From Bacillota bacterium (lineage in GTDB: Bacteria > Bacillota > Clostridia > Christensenellales > DTU072): DNA of 64,000 nucleotides. The notes under the pieces were generated by a model. The model was not told the origin of the DNA. It was given only the letters and a program-made list of their open reading frames with translations, and did no database searches. The DNA lies in assembly GCA_023394875.1 (NCBI GenBank), contig JAEXAB010000003.1, positions 624,602 through 688,601 on the forward strand, given 5' to 3'. The translations under genes and the position numbers were made by a program. Positions 26,312 to 36,936 of the stretch are shown here, in pieces (positions within the stretch are counted from its first letter, which is position 1; each line of letters starts with the position of its first letter).

Positions 26312-28837
26312 TTAGCCAGCATAACCAAAGTTATATTCGATATAACCTAGATACAGAGCGAATAACTCATCAAGTAATCCCTCGGCATTAGTGTTCCTAT
26401 TGTTATAGACGTATTTATCTCCGTCCATTTCATAGATAAAATCGCCTGCTACGTGTCCTTCTCCTGCTGTGGTATAAACTTTCTTTGTGCCGTCATCCCA
26501 TTTTGCGATTACTCTGTAATCTACTTCGTCTTCATCGGCTGCTGTAACTGCTACAAAATCTTTAGCTATTTCTATAGCGCCTTCTACATCTTCTATGTTA
26601 GCAGCGGCAACAGTATCAGTTAAGGATATCTTAGCGTTAAGGTTGAGATAAATAGTATTTTGTGCTACAGAGTCGGCTATGGTGATAGAACCGTTTAGTC
26701 CTTGACCTTTGATGCATCCTATACCGATATAAAGACCGCCTTCAATGAATTCTTTCATCACGTTGGTTGTTTCCATATCGCCGGTTGTATCTACACCCAA
26801 TAAGCCGGATAATAGCTCATTTGCTATAGCGTAGTTTTTGGATTCTCCGGTACCGAATATAGCGTCTTCCATAGCTTCCTTATATGCTGTCTTTGCATTT
26901 TCTAAAGCTGTCTTTGCGGTATCGTTCTTATTAGAAGCCAAGTAAACATTCTTTGCGATAAGAAGAGCTTTGTCAGCAGCGTCTATAGCGGCAACGTAAT
27001 CGGCTAAATCAGAATCGTCCTTAACCATATAATAATGCAACATGGAGATATAGTAGTTTGCAAAGTCGGAAATATCGTCTGTAGTAATGTTCGCATTGCC
27101 TTCCTTGCAGAGGAATACGTTAACAGCGTCTAACAAGTCGTTATTAGCGCCAGCTTTGTATAAAGTTACTCCGCCGTTCCAATTGGTTTTGTTCCAATTG
27201 AAGATTCCGTAATTGCCGTCAGCCTGTGTTTCAGCCGTGCCGATAATCCAATTGTTATCATCAAACAGTTTGGTGATATTATCAATAACTGCTCCATAAG
27301 TTTCGGTCTTCTTGGATTCATAAATTTTGAATCTGGTATAAGCACCAAACTTAGTGTTTAATTGTTGCAGCATTTTAACTTCTGTGATTTCTTTATAAGA
27401 AGTTACGTTGTCTTTGGTTTCTGTTTCCAATTTTCCGCCAATTAATTCATAAATACTATGAATGATACTCTTGGAAGGACCTGTGCTTACTTCGGTTTCG
27501 GTTTCGTTGTTAGTACCGGCATCAAAGTCAGCTTTCATTTTAGCTATAGCTTCGTTTATCACAGCTACCAAATTAGTATTTTCGTTTCCGGTAGACGTTG
27601 TCTTATAAACAGATGCTTTATAGAGAGTGTTACCAGGAACTGATACAAGTGTCGAACCAGCTAATTCGTTAATAGCTTGGTATCCGGCTGCGGTATTGAA
27701 GTAAGCAACTGAGCCGTTAAAGTATCCGGGAATAACGTACGGGGTAGCATTAGTTTGATTGGGATCAAAGAAGCTTATAGTTCCCGATGCCAACACCTTA
27801 TTGTTTGTGGAGAAATCAGGGGTAGCGGTAGCGTCTAAAATAGCGGCAATACCTTTTTGGGGTAAGCTTGCGCCAACGTTAAGATTCAAACTCTTGGAAG
27901 CATATTCGTTTCCGAAAGCTATTGTTGCTTTGTCGCTTGCTGAATTGCTGAACTTATTAATATTAATGGTAATATTGCCGGACGTATTGTCGGAACCGTT
28001 AAAACCAAGTTTCAAACCGTTAATTGTGCCGGCGCTGTTTTTGTACACTTCAATGAATATAGTAGCGTCCAAAATAAAATCAATACCGTCATCAGTGTCA
28101 AAAACGCTGTTTACAAGAGTATCTGCAACGTCACCGACCATACCTTCAAAAAGATTCTTGAGAAGAAAGTTATTTAACATATCCATAGTAGAAGCAGTGA
28201 CTTCCAAACGATTGCCGTTTGTGATTTCTTTAAACACAATAAGCTCTTCCAGGTCCATGTTTATTTCTACCAACATCTTTTCCAATGTATCTGCCAAACT
28301 AGCCATGTCAATATCAAGATTGATATCTTTTAGAACCTTCATAAGCATAGACATAAGATTGCCAACCGAAGGGCTAAGCGCGGTAATATCGATAGCTACT
28401 GCATCGGAAGCTGCGGCGGCGGAGCCGTCTCCATTCTTATTGATGCCGGTGAGCGGTTGCTTGAGATAAATCTTGTTAGACTTATACCCAAGGGCAATAT
28501 TCTCGGTGCTGTTGCTCTTGAAATTGATAACAAACTCGGGGCTGCTTGCGTTAATGTTGCCTTTAACACCCAATGTGTACGTATCATCGGCCGCCGATGT
28601 TTTTCTGTTAACGCTGATATCAACGTCGGCGCTTAGATTGCCGTCGATGCCGTTAAGCGTCGTAATTAAGCCGTCTGCTCCTCTGATTATACCAATTAAT
28701 TGCTCCACTGCTGAAGGTCCTGTTTTCGGGGGGTCGGATGATGTAGGGGGATCCTTCTTACAAGCTGCAAGGGAGAATATCAGCGTAATCAAAACAAGAG
28801 CAAGTATTACTTTAACAAGTAAATTCTTCTTCTTCAT
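26312..28837 (-). CDS. large lipoprotein (841 aa) of unknown function
   Basis: ORF 26312..28912. I prefer the start at 28837 (MKKKNLLVKVILALVLITLIFSLAAC, lipobox) with GGAGGTAATA upstream. I recognise no catalytic motif. Confidence 0.85.
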   Translation of the reverse strand: MKKKNLLVKVILALVLITLIFSLAACKKDPPTSSDPPKTGPSAVEQLIGIIRGADGLITTLNGIDGNLSADVDISVNRKTSAADDTYTLGVKGNINASSPEFVINFKSNSTENIALGYKSNKIYLKQPLTGINKNGDGSAAAASDAVAIDITALSPSVGNLMSMLMKVLKDINLDIDMASLADTLEKMLVEINMDLEELIVFKEITNGNRLEVTASTMDMLNNFLLKNLFEGMVGDVADTLVNSVFDTDDGIDFILDATIFIEVYKNSAGTINGLKLGFNGSDNTSGNITININKFSNSASDKATIAFGNEYASKSLNLNVGASLPQKGIAAILDATATPDFSTNNKVLASGTISFFDPNQTNATPYVIPGYFNGSVAYFNTAAGYQAINELAGSTLVSVPGNTLYKASVYKTTSTGNENTNLVAVINEAIAKMKADFDAGTNNETETEVSTGPSKSIIHSIYELIGGKLETETKDNVTSYKEITEVKMLQQLNTKFGAYTRFKIYESKKTETYGAVIDNITKLFDDNNWIIGTAETQADGNYGIFNWNKTNWNGGVTLYKAGANNDLLDAVNVFLCKEGNANITTDDISDFANYYISMLHYYMVKDDSDLADYVAAIDAADKALLIAKNVYLASNKNDTAKTALENAKTAYKEAMEDAIFGTGESKNYAIANELLSGLLGVDTTGDMETTNVMKEFIEGGLYIGIGCIKGQGLNGSITIADSVAQNTIYLNLNAKISLTDTVAAANIEDVEGAIEIAKDFVAVTAADEDEVDYRVIAKWDDGTKKVYTTAGEGHVAGDFIYEMDGDKYVYNNRNTNAEGLLDELFALYLGYIEYNFGYAG

Positions 28838-29041
28838 TATTACCTCCAATACTGTTTTGTTCTTTAATTTATTATATGGAAACAACTCTCCATGTGTAAT
28901 TAAGAATACCATACAAAAAGCCGTTTTGTCAATAGTGAGAATTTGTTATGCCGCTTTTTAGAACAAAACTATTTTTTCTATGCGCTTGCATAAAAAAGTG
29001 TGGTATGATAGAATTATTAAAAATCGAATTTTGGAGGTATT

Positions 29042-30238
29042 ATGAGCCCTTTATTTAAGATTTATTGCAGGATTTACCAAGGAATCTTTCGCATAGCAAC
29101 CAATTTTTTGAATTTCAGACAGCCCGAAAGTATAGAGGGTCTCGACAAATTGCCTGAATTTGCCAAAAACTTGGGATTGAATAATCTTCTTATTGTCACT
29201 GACGATGTTTTACATAACAAGTTAAAACTGATAGAAGGTCTGAAAGAAGGTTTGACTGCCGCCGGCATTAGTTACGTTGTCTACGACAAAACGGTGCCCA
29301 ATCCTACCATACCGAACATAGAAGAAGGCTACGCTATATATAAGGAAAACAACTGCCAGGGAATAATCGCTTTCGGCGGCGGCTCTCCTATGGATTGCGC
29401 AAAAGGAATAGGGTGCAGAGTTGCCCGTCCCAACAAGCAAATACCCCAAATGAAGGGTGTATTGAAGGTCCTCAAAAAGCTCCCTCCGCTGTTTGCCATA
29501 CCCACCACTTCGGGAACGGGCAGCGAAGCTACTTTGGCTGCCGTTGTCAGCAACCCCGAAACGCATGAAAAGTACCCCATAAACGACCCGGTAATTATTC
29601 CCAAATACGTTGTACTTGACCCGTATCTGACGGTAAAGCTCCCTCAGCATATCACTTCTACAACCGGTGTGGACGCCTTAACTCATGCAGTAGAAGCTTA
29701 TATAGGTTCAAGCAACACCGAAAACACCAAAGATATGGCAATAAAGGCAACTAAGCTTATTTTTGAAAACTTAAAAACCGCCTACGATGACGGAGAGAAT
29801 ATCAAAGCCAGAAAGAATATGCAATGGGCTTCTTACTTTGCGGGAGTTGCTTTTACTAGAGCTTACGTTGGTAACGTCCATGCCATGGCGCACACGTTGG
29901 GAGGTCAATACGGAGTGCCTCACGGTTTGGCTAACGCGGTTATTCTTCCTTATATCCTTGACTTCTACGGAGAAAAGGCTCATAAAAAGCTAGCCGAACT
30001 TGCAATAGCCGTCGGTATAAACGAAGGCAGCGTATCCGACAAAGCAAAAGCCTTTATTCAAAAAATTAAGGATATGAACGCATATATGAATATCCCTACT
30101 TCCATCGATAAAATTCAGGAAGAAGATATTCCTTTGATGACGGACAGAGCTTTTGCCGAAGCCAATCCTTTGTATCCTGTGCCTGTAATTATGTCCAAAA
30201 AAGATTTTGCAGATATGTATAGAAAAATAAAAGGATAA
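29042..30238 (+). CDS. iron-containing (group III) alcohol dehydrogenase
   Basis: 398 aa. It has GGGSPMDCAKG, the PTTSGTGSE NAD-binding block and metal histidines in HAMAHTLGGQYGVPHG. Confidence 0.9.
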   Translation: MSPLFKIYCRIYQGIFRIATNFLNFRQPESIEGLDKLPEFAKNLGLNNLLIVTDDVLHNKLKLIEGLKEGLTAAGISYVVYDKTVPNPTIPNIEEGYAIYKENNCQGIIAFGGGSPMDCAKGIGCRVARPNKQIPQMKGVLKVLKKLPPLFAIPTTSGTGSEATLAAVVSNPETHEKYPINDPVIIPKYVVLDPYLTVKLPQHITSTTGVDALTHAVEAYIGSSNTENTKDMAIKATKLIFENLKTAYDDGENIKARKNMQWASYFAGVAFTRAYVGNVHAMAHTLGGQYGVPHGLANAVILPYILDFYGEKAHKKLAELAIAVGINEGSVSDKAKAFIQKIKDMNAYMNIPTSIDKIQEEDIPLMTDRAFAEANPLYPVPVIMSKKDFADMYRKIKG

Positions 30239-30251
30239 TATTATATAAATA

Positions 30252-31256
30252 ATGCAAGAACAAAAACGCGGTTTAACCAAAAAGAAAAAAATACTAATAG
30301 CGGTATTGTTGACAATATGCGTTGTTTGTGTTTTGCTTGCCGGCACAATTCTTATTGTGGCAAACAATCAGCGGCGTAGCGCCACAAGTTTGTTCTATGA
30401 AAGCGTACTTAACGTTGTTTTGGCTGAAAAAGACAGCGAAGAAGGCTCATATAAGGATATAGAGAAATGTCGGGAAATTAATGAAAACTATAAGGTGCCG
30501 AAAATATATCAGGCTCTGTACGGTTTTGAGATAACCGAATTTAACGGCTTTGAGGTCTGCGTCTTCGGCGATATAAACGCTACTAATACCGTACTTTATC
30601 TTCACGGCGGGGCTTTTATCTATCAGCCCTTAGTATTCCATTATGATTATTGCAAAAGACTGGCAAACACTTTAGGCGTAAAGGTTTATATGCCTGTCTA
30701 TCCAAAAGTACCCAACTATACCAACGATTATATTTTGCAATACGTATCCGACTACTACGTTTCTCTTCTGGAAAAAAATTCCAACGAAAACATAGTGTTT
30801 ATGGGCGATTCGGCGGGAGCCACAATGGTAATTTTGCTCTCACAGTTTCTTTACGAACAAAATATACCGCAACCTAAGGAGATTTTTTCTTTCTCTCCCT
30901 GCGCCGATATTTCGTTAACCAATGAGGATATTAATAATTTTGCCGAATTTGACCCTATGCTCAATTTGCAGGATATGCGGATAAAAATCGGGGCTTTCGT
31001 TGCTGATACCGACCCTAACGACCCTGGTGTAAATCCGTTTTACTGTGATTTTGCAAATTTACCTACCATTACCGTTTTTGTGGGCGGGCATGAAATATTC
31101 GTTGCCGACTGCAGACGGCTTAATGAAAAATTGAAAGAAGAAAATATAGCTTTTAATTATTATGAATTCCCTATGATGAACCACACCTTCTCTATTTTCC
31201 CTATGGAAGAATCGGCGCAGTGTATGGAAATTATTAAAGGAATTTGGGGAATTTAG
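30252..31256 (+). CDS. alpha/beta hydrolase, HSL-type esterase/lipase with N-terminal anchor
   Basis: 334 aa. It has a TM helix, the HGGAF oxyanion motif and the GDSAGA nucleophile elbow. Confidence 0.8.
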   Translation: MQEQKRGLTKKKKILIAVLLTICVVCVLLAGTILIVANNQRRSATSLFYESVLNVVLAEKDSEEGSYKDIEKCREINENYKVPKIYQALYGFEITEFNGFEVCVFGDINATNTVLYLHGGAFIYQPLVFHYDYCKRLANTLGVKVYMPVYPKVPNYTNDYILQYVSDYYVSLLEKNSNENIVFMGDSAGATMVILLSQFLYEQNIPQPKEIFSFSPCADISLTNEDINNFAEFDPMLNLQDMRIKIGAFVADTDPNDPGVNPFYCDFANLPTITVFVGGHEIFVADCRRLNEKLKEENIAFNYYEFPMMNHTFSIFPMEESAQCMEIIKGIWGI

Positions 31257-31987
31257 TTTTTTTCTATTTTTATAAAAGGATAAGTTTCCGCAGGAATCCC
31301 GCCGTCAATTAGGCGGGATTTTAAGTAGAAGCTATACGCCGAACGGTTGCCTATTATTATATGGTCCAATAGTTTTATGTCCAAAGAATCCAGTAAGGAA
31401 TTCAAAGCAAAGGTGCTTTTTATGTCCTCTTCGGAGGGAGAGAGAATCTCCGACGGGTGATTGTGTGCGATTATCACTCTTTTTGCCCGATGGCGCATTG
31501 CCGTTTCCACTATTTTTTTTGCCGAACTCTGTACCGAAATAGAATTTCCTTCCGCAATAAGGTCGGAGTGGATAAGCCTTTGTTTTATATCAAGACAAAT
31601 TAAATACAAAACCTCTTCTGTTTCTTTATCAAATAAAGTAAGAAGATACGGCAAAATGTCTTGAGGGGATAAAACGGGGCGTTCTTTGAAGCGTAATTTT
31701 TGATAATAATTAAAAAAATCGGGCAGGTACTTAATTAAAACCACTGCGTTTTCGGTCATTCCCGAAACACTTTTTAATTCCTGCTCCGCTGCGTTGAGGA
31801 TACCTTCCATACTCCCGAATTTATTTAACAGCGCGTACGCTATCTGTTTGGTGTCTTTTCTTGGGATTGCGGTAAAAAGTAAGAACTCGATAACCTGGTG
31901 CGGCGCAAGGGCGTCAAGCCCTTTTTCCCGTACCAATTTCCTCATTCTTTCCCTATGCCCGACAGGCGAGCTTACTTTTTTGTCCAT
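31253..31987 (-). CDS. radC: RadC-family JAB/MPN domain protein
   Basis: 244 aa. It has an N-terminal HhH-like region and the JAMM motif AHNHPSEILSPSEEDI. Confidence 0.9.
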   Translation of the reverse strand: MDKKVSSPVGHRERMRKLVREKGLDALAPHQVIEFLLFTAIPRKDTKQIAYALLNKFGSMEGILNAAEQELKSVSGMTENAVVLIKYLPDFFNYYQKLRFKERPVLSPQDILPYLLTLFDKETEEVLYLICLDIKQRLIHSDLIAEGNSISVQSSAKKIVETAMRHRAKRVIIAHNHPSEILSPSEEDIKSTFALNSLLDSLDIKLLDHIIIGNRSAYSFYLKSRLIDGGIPAETYPFIKIEKN

Positions 31988-31996
31988 AAGTATACT

Positions 31997-34900
31997 CTAT
32001 TTGTTGAGCAATACAATCATAGCCTTCTTGTTGGCTTCTTCTCCCAAAGCTGTTTTGACTTCATCACTAAGAGCAGATGCCTTGATGCTTATTATTCTTG
32101 GCAAATGGCTGACGTCAAGTATATTGCCCACAATTATATCCATTGCATCGGTTACGGCAATAGACAAAATTGTCTTGGTTTCTTCGTCCATTTTTTCTAA
32201 CGGCTTGGTAACGCCCTTTCTGTCCACGTATACTACGCTTAGGTTCTTGCCGTCTTCTTTGACCCAGTATTTTTGTCCCAGCTTTCTGAGCATATTATTG
32301 ATATGAATTACTATCTCTTCGCTTAATAGTTCGTTAATAGCAAGGTCGATTGAATATAACGCCCTCTCCTTTTCGGCTTTTTTAAGCTGTAATTCGTTTA
32401 TTTTTTCGCTCAAGTTTTCGGAAATGGCAAGTTCTCTTATTAATACCGTTGTATCGTCTTCTTTTTGATATAGTTCTTCTTCCAATGCTTTATAATCATC
32501 GCAACTCTTCTTAAAGTTATCCAACAACTCTTTGCCTGCGTCCAAACGGGTTTTCAAGGCGTCGCATTGGTAAGAAAGAGAGCCCATTCTCATGGTATGT
32601 TCATCAAGAATTTGCTGCATACTTACTTTGTCCTGCTCGGATAATACCATTTTGCGCAGACTTTCTATATTCTTAATTTTCAATTCCTCAGGACTGAAAT
32701 TGCTGTTGCGGTTTAGGCTGTCTATATAGTTGGTGTTAATTTCCACCTGTTTTAATAAATCGCTCTTTCTATTCGTCTTTTCGGTAAATTGCGCGCTCTT
32801 GTCGTTAACTACTCTGTTTATTGCTACGTAACTATCCTGAGAAACCTGTCTCTTCTCTTCAAGACGGCGGATTTCCGACATAATTTCCTGATATTTTTTG
32901 CCGGTAAGCTTAATAAGAAGACCTTCATAATCATAGCTCTTTCCATCAACAATTACTTCTTCTTTACGCGCTTTTAAGATATTGATTTCTTCTTCTAATT
33001 TCTTAATTTTATTGTCGGCGTCTTCTACTTCGGCAGTAAGAACGTTCATTCTCTTTATTAACACGTCCTCTTGCTTTTCCAGTTCTTTAATAGCGTCAAG
33101 CTGCTCGGCGGCAGTTTTGCCGGCAAGTCTCTTCTTAATCCCGCTGTAGATATTAGAAAAGTTATTGATTTCTTCATTAAGGACGTTTATTTGCTCGTTA
33201 AGCTTAGGGATATCTTCCTTTTCGGTAATTTCTATATGTTTATTAACCATATCCGCGCTGTCGGAGGCAAAGTTCTTTAGTCCCGCCACCTGGTTAATTT
33301 TCGCCAAACGCGTGCTGTAAAGCTTTATATTCTCAATGGCTTCTTCAAGCTTTGCGGTAATTTCCTCGTGGGATTTTACTCCGCATTCTGCCAAAGTCTG
33401 GTCTCTTAGCTTTATTTTGGCTTCCTTGGTACTCTTTAAGCTCTCTACGTAATTGGCGCTGATTTGTTCTTTGGTAGTAAGATTGCCTAATCTGACGTTT
33501 ATTTTTTCCAACTTATCGGTATATTCCTGCAAAATAAGGTTGGTTTTGGCAATTTCTTCTTCCTGTTTTGTTATGTTGGACGACACTCTGGTGTTGTCTA
33601 TGGACATATCGTTCTTATCTAAGATACCAGCCTTGCAAACGGGGCAAGTATCGCCGAATTCTAAATCGTCGACTTCCTTATAAAACTCTTGCTTTGCCTT
33701 GAAGCTAACCAACTTCTCATTCTGCTTTTTTAACTTATCGCGGCATTTGTCGATATACTGAACAAGTATGTTTCTTGCGTTAAGTAAGGCTGTAATATCC
33801 TCTTTGTAGGATTCTCTTGCCTGCTCGTTGTCAAAAATCTTGTCGTCGATTGCTTTTAATTCACCCAAAATCCCCGCGGCTATAATCTGTCCTTTATACA
33901 TTTTTTGCTTGTTTCTTTCCAGTTCGTTGTAACTGTCAAAAAACTTTTCGTATCCGCCCTCGGTAAGTAAAATTTGTTCTTCCGCCGTGCAGTTTTCCGA
34001 AGTGCTCAAATTTAGTTTGCGCTGAACGTAAAAATCTTCTAAGGCTTTTTGTTTTTTACTTAGTTCATTTTTAAGTTCGTTTAATCTTTCTTTTTTCAGT
34101 TCCAGAATATACTCAAAAGATGTTCCTTCTCTTATATCCGCCCTTAATTGGCTGTTATAACGCTTGGCATTATATTCTTTTCTTGTTTCTTCTAGTTCTT
34201 TTACCGCGGCTGTTTTAATTTCACTGAGCTTATCAAGTTGTTCGGTAAGTTCGGCTATTCTCTCTTTATTTTTTACGTAATAAACTTCGGCGTTTTCAAG
34301 AATTGTTTTGTCTATATCTCCGTTTTCGGCGTTTTTTACAATACTATCATCTAATGCCATATTTAGAGTCTTTATTTGTTCGTAATAAAAAATAAACTCC
34401 TTTTCTTTTTCCTTTCTAACTTGACTGCCGTTGGCTATTTCATTTTCAAGTAAGGAAAGTTCGGCGGTTAGTTTTTCTATTTCTTGATTTAATTCTTTAT
34501 TTTTTACGGTAACTTCGTTGTTTTTTTCGTAGAGAAAGATTATTTTCTCCATTCTTTCGCTTTCGCTGATTTTGCTTATTATATTCATCATAGCCGGTTC
34601 TTTATTCTTCTGCAGTTCTAGCTGATAATTGACTTTTTCAAATTCGGCTTGCGCTTTTAATAAGGAACGTGTTTCCACAATGCTCTCATTGAGGCGTTCC
34701 ATTTCCGCTTTTATTAAAGCGGCGTCCTCTTTGGCGGTAACTAATGCGTCCACAATCTCTTTACTGCCCGATTTATACATATCGGTAAGTAAGCTTATTT
34801 GCGCCTTAATACCTTCCAGGCGTTTTTCCGCTCTGTCTCTGGCTGACTTTAATACCTCTCCGTCTATTCTTAAAACGTCAAAATTTTCTTTTACGAAGTT

Positions 34901-35278
34901 ATTTATGTCACCAAATGCGACGTCGGAGATGTTTTCCTTATCGGATAGTACGAAGTTCTCCCATTGATAGGCGCTGTAACCAATCATTGAGGATAAAATA
35001 TTGTTTATTTCCTGTTCGTCGGTGATTATTTTGTTATTGGTACTCAATTTTACCTTGTTTATAGCAAAATCTCTTTCCAAAACGTAGTTTTCTTCCTCAT
35101 ACTTGAATGTGAGTTCTATTTTCCCTTGGAAAAGAGTGGAATTGCCAAAAATTGCATATCCCAATGCCTGTTTGATTGCAACGGCGTCTTTTAGTTTGAA
35201 AAACGCTTTGCCGTTATTGAATTTATATTGGGCATTGGCATCCTGCAGATTTTCTACAGTGAGTAAAACCGGTATCAT
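31997..35278 (-). CDS. Rad50/SbcC-like coiled-coil protein with central CxxC zinc hook and degenerate ATPase head
   Basis: 1093 aa. The N- and C-terminal globular ends are separated by about 900 aa of heptad-rich sequence. CPVC sits at residues 545-548 (33635-33646), almost exactly the midpoint. There is no GxxGxGK[ST], LSGG or hhhhDE motif. Confidence 0.7.
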   Translation of the reverse strand: MIPVLLTVENLQDANAQYKFNNGKAFFKLKDAVAIKQALGYAIFGNSTLFQGKIELTFKYEEENYVLERDFAINKVKLSTNNKIITDEQEINNILSSMIGYSAYQWENFVLSDKENISDVAFGDINNFVKENFDVLRIDGEVLKSARDRAEKRLEGIKAQISLLTDMYKSGSKEIVDALVTAKEDAALIKAEMERLNESIVETRSLLKAQAEFEKVNYQLELQKNKEPAMMNIISKISESERMEKIIFLYEKNNEVTVKNKELNQEIEKLTAELSLLENEIANGSQVRKEKEKEFIFYYEQIKTLNMALDDSIVKNAENGDIDKTILENAEVYYVKNKERIAELTEQLDKLSEIKTAAVKELEETRKEYNAKRYNSQLRADIREGTSFEYILELKKERLNELKNELSKKQKALEDFYVQRKLNLSTSENCTAEEQILLTEGGYEKFFDSYNELERNKQKMYKGQIIAAGILGELKAIDDKIFDNEQARESYKEDITALLNARNILVQYIDKCRDKLKKQNEKLVSFKAKQEFYKEVDDLEFGDTCPVCKAGILDKNDMSIDNTRVSSNITKQEEEIAKTNLILQEYTDKLEKINVRLGNLTTKEQISANYVESLKSTKEAKIKLRDQTLAECGVKSHEEITAKLEEAIENIKLYSTRLAKINQVAGLKNFASDSADMVNKHIEITEKEDIPKLNEQINVLNEEINNFSNIYSGIKKRLAGKTAAEQLDAIKELEKQEDVLIKRMNVLTAEVEDADNKIKKLEEEINILKARKEEVIVDGKSYDYEGLLIKLTGKKYQEIMSEIRRLEEKRQVSQDSYVAINRVVNDKSAQFTEKTNRKSDLLKQVEINTNYIDSLNRNSNFSPEELKIKNIESLRKMVLSEQDKVSMQQILDEHTMRMGSLSYQCDALKTRLDAGKELLDNFKKSCDDYKALEEELYQKEDDTTVLIRELAISENLSEKINELQLKKAEKERALYSIDLAINELLSEEIVIHINNMLRKLGQKYWVKEDGKNLSVVYVDRKGVTKPLEKMDEETKTILSIAVTDAMDIIVGNILDVSHLPRIISIKASALSDEVKTALGEEANKKAMIVLLNK

Positions 35279-35496
35279 ATATTGTTAACCTCCGTAAATA
35301 AACACGCTTTTATACCATTTTTGAAATAATATCGGTAAAACCTTATTAGAATTCGTTTTTCATAAAAACCACTAGCCTATTCCAGGATATGTGTGTTATA
35401 ATATGCTTTACCGAAAGTCAAGAGCGCAGTTTGTATATATTATACAACAAATATATTACTTATGCAATATTATATTTATCACACAGTTGGAGCAAA

Positions 35497-36933
35497 ATGG
35501 GATTTATAAGGCTAGGGAACGACTACCTAAAAGAAGGCTATACACAAGTGGACAACGTTTTTTTGCTCCGCTACCTTCCCGATGCCGATTCTTTGGACGT
35601 AAAAATTTATCTGTTCGGTCTGTGCGCTGCGGGGCAAGACTCCGAAGAATATAACAGCATAGAAAAACTTGCTTTACAATTGCATATCAGCGAAGAAAGA
35701 CTGCTTTCCGGCTTTGCCTATTGGGAAGAAAGAGGCTTGGTTACCATATCCAAAACACAACCTATTACCGTAAGCTATACTTCGGTAAAAAGACCCCTTC
35801 CTCCCGTTATTAAATACAACGCTCAAAAATATAAGATTTTTGTAGAGGAAGTAAACCGCTTATTCCCCGAAAGAATCCTCACTCCCAACGAATATAACGC
35901 GCTTATAGAAACAATAGCGGTTTCCAATATGGAAATTAACGCCATGCTGCTTATTATCCAGTATTGTAAGGAGCTTGGGGGAGATAAAACCAGCGTTCCT
36001 TATATTTTGGCGGTTGCCGACGACTGGATTAAGCAAGGTTTAACTGCCGAAAAAGCGGTCAGCGAAAGAATATCGGAACTGGAAAACAACAGTCAGGATA
36101 TAAGGGCTATTTTCCAGGCGTTGGGCATAAAAAGAAGCGCCGAACTTGAAGACAGACAACTATTTCTCAAATGGACGGCGAAATATAATTACAAGCTGGA
36201 TGCTATTTTGGTGGCGGCAAAAGCGCAGAAAAAACGCGGCGGAATGCAAAAACTCGACGAATATATTGATTTGTTGAAGAAAGCCGAAGCCTATACCGCT
36301 TTCGAAGTCGCGGAGTTTGCCAAAAACAGAGAAAATGTCTATAACTTGAGTATCAGACTCAGTAAGGAACTGGGAACTTATTACGGCAGTATGGACAGCG
36401 TGGTGGAAAACTACGTTTACCCCTGGCTCAACCTTGGTTTTGAGGAAGAAGCCCTCGTAAAATTAGCCAACTTCTGTTTTTTACGCAATATCCGTTCTTT
36501 TGATGCATTGCACCAAACGGTTATGAAGTTCTATAAAAAGGGACTTACCACCGAAGAAGGGATAAAACAGTACGTAAGCAGTCAGCTAAAAGCCGATGAA
36601 AAAATTATGGAAGTCTTCGAAAAATGCGGAGTGTACGGCGTAGTTGGCAACAAGGACAGAGAAAGTTACCGCACCTGGTTGGAATGGGGCTTTGAAGAAA
36701 ACACTATTTTGCTTGTGGCCGAAAGACACAACAATACCGCTTTCCCTCTTCAAAACGTAAACCGCACCCTTGCAAGCCTTTTCAACAAGAATATAACAGA
36801 CTTCGAAGGCGTTAAAAAATATTTGGAAACTTCGGAAAAACGGAAAGAACCCGCCAAAGAAGATTACATAAAACATCAATACACCGATGAGCAGATTAAA
36901 AACGTATTATCGGCGTTCGAAAACTGGGAATAA
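35497..36933 (+). CDS. DnaD-domain replication initiation/membrane attachment protein (B. subtilis DnaB-like)
   Basis: ORF 35389..36933. The start at 35497 (MGFIRLGNDY..) has GGAG 8 nt upstream. It has tandem DnaD-like repeats and lies immediately upstream of a dnaI-like gene, as in Bacillus. Confidence 0.65.
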   Translation: MGFIRLGNDYLKEGYTQVDNVFLLRYLPDADSLDVKIYLFGLCAAGQDSEEYNSIEKLALQLHISEERLLSGFAYWEERGLVTISKTQPITVSYTSVKRPLPPVIKYNAQKYKIFVEEVNRLFPERILTPNEYNALIETIAVSNMEINAMLLIIQYCKELGGDKTSVPYILAVADDWIKQGLTAEKAVSERISELENNSQDIRAIFQALGIKRSAELEDRQLFLKWTAKYNYKLDAILVAAKAQKKRGGMQKLDEYIDLLKKAEAYTAFEVAEFAKNRENVYNLSIRLSKELGTYYGSMDSVVENYVYPWLNLGFEEEALVKLANFCFLRNIRSFDALHQTVMKFYKKGLTTEEGIKQYVSSQLKADEKIMEVFEKCGVYGVVGNKDRESYRTWLEWGFEENTILLVAERHNNTAFPLQNVNRTLASLFNKNITDFEGVKKYLETSEKRKEPAKEDYIKHQYTDEQIKNVLSAFENWE

Positions 36934-36936
36934 TCT

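Noticed and set aside
27759-28961. ORFs 27759..28469 and 28473..28961 (+), 236 and 162 aa
   Set aside because: Both are antisense to the 841-aa lipoprotein gene. They are Ser/Leu/Pro-rich translations typical of antisense frames and have no start context.
31794-32306. 170-aa plus-strand ORF spanning the radC / Rad50-like junction
   Set aside because: It is antisense to two well-supported minus-strand genes and is a hydrophobic low-complexity translation.
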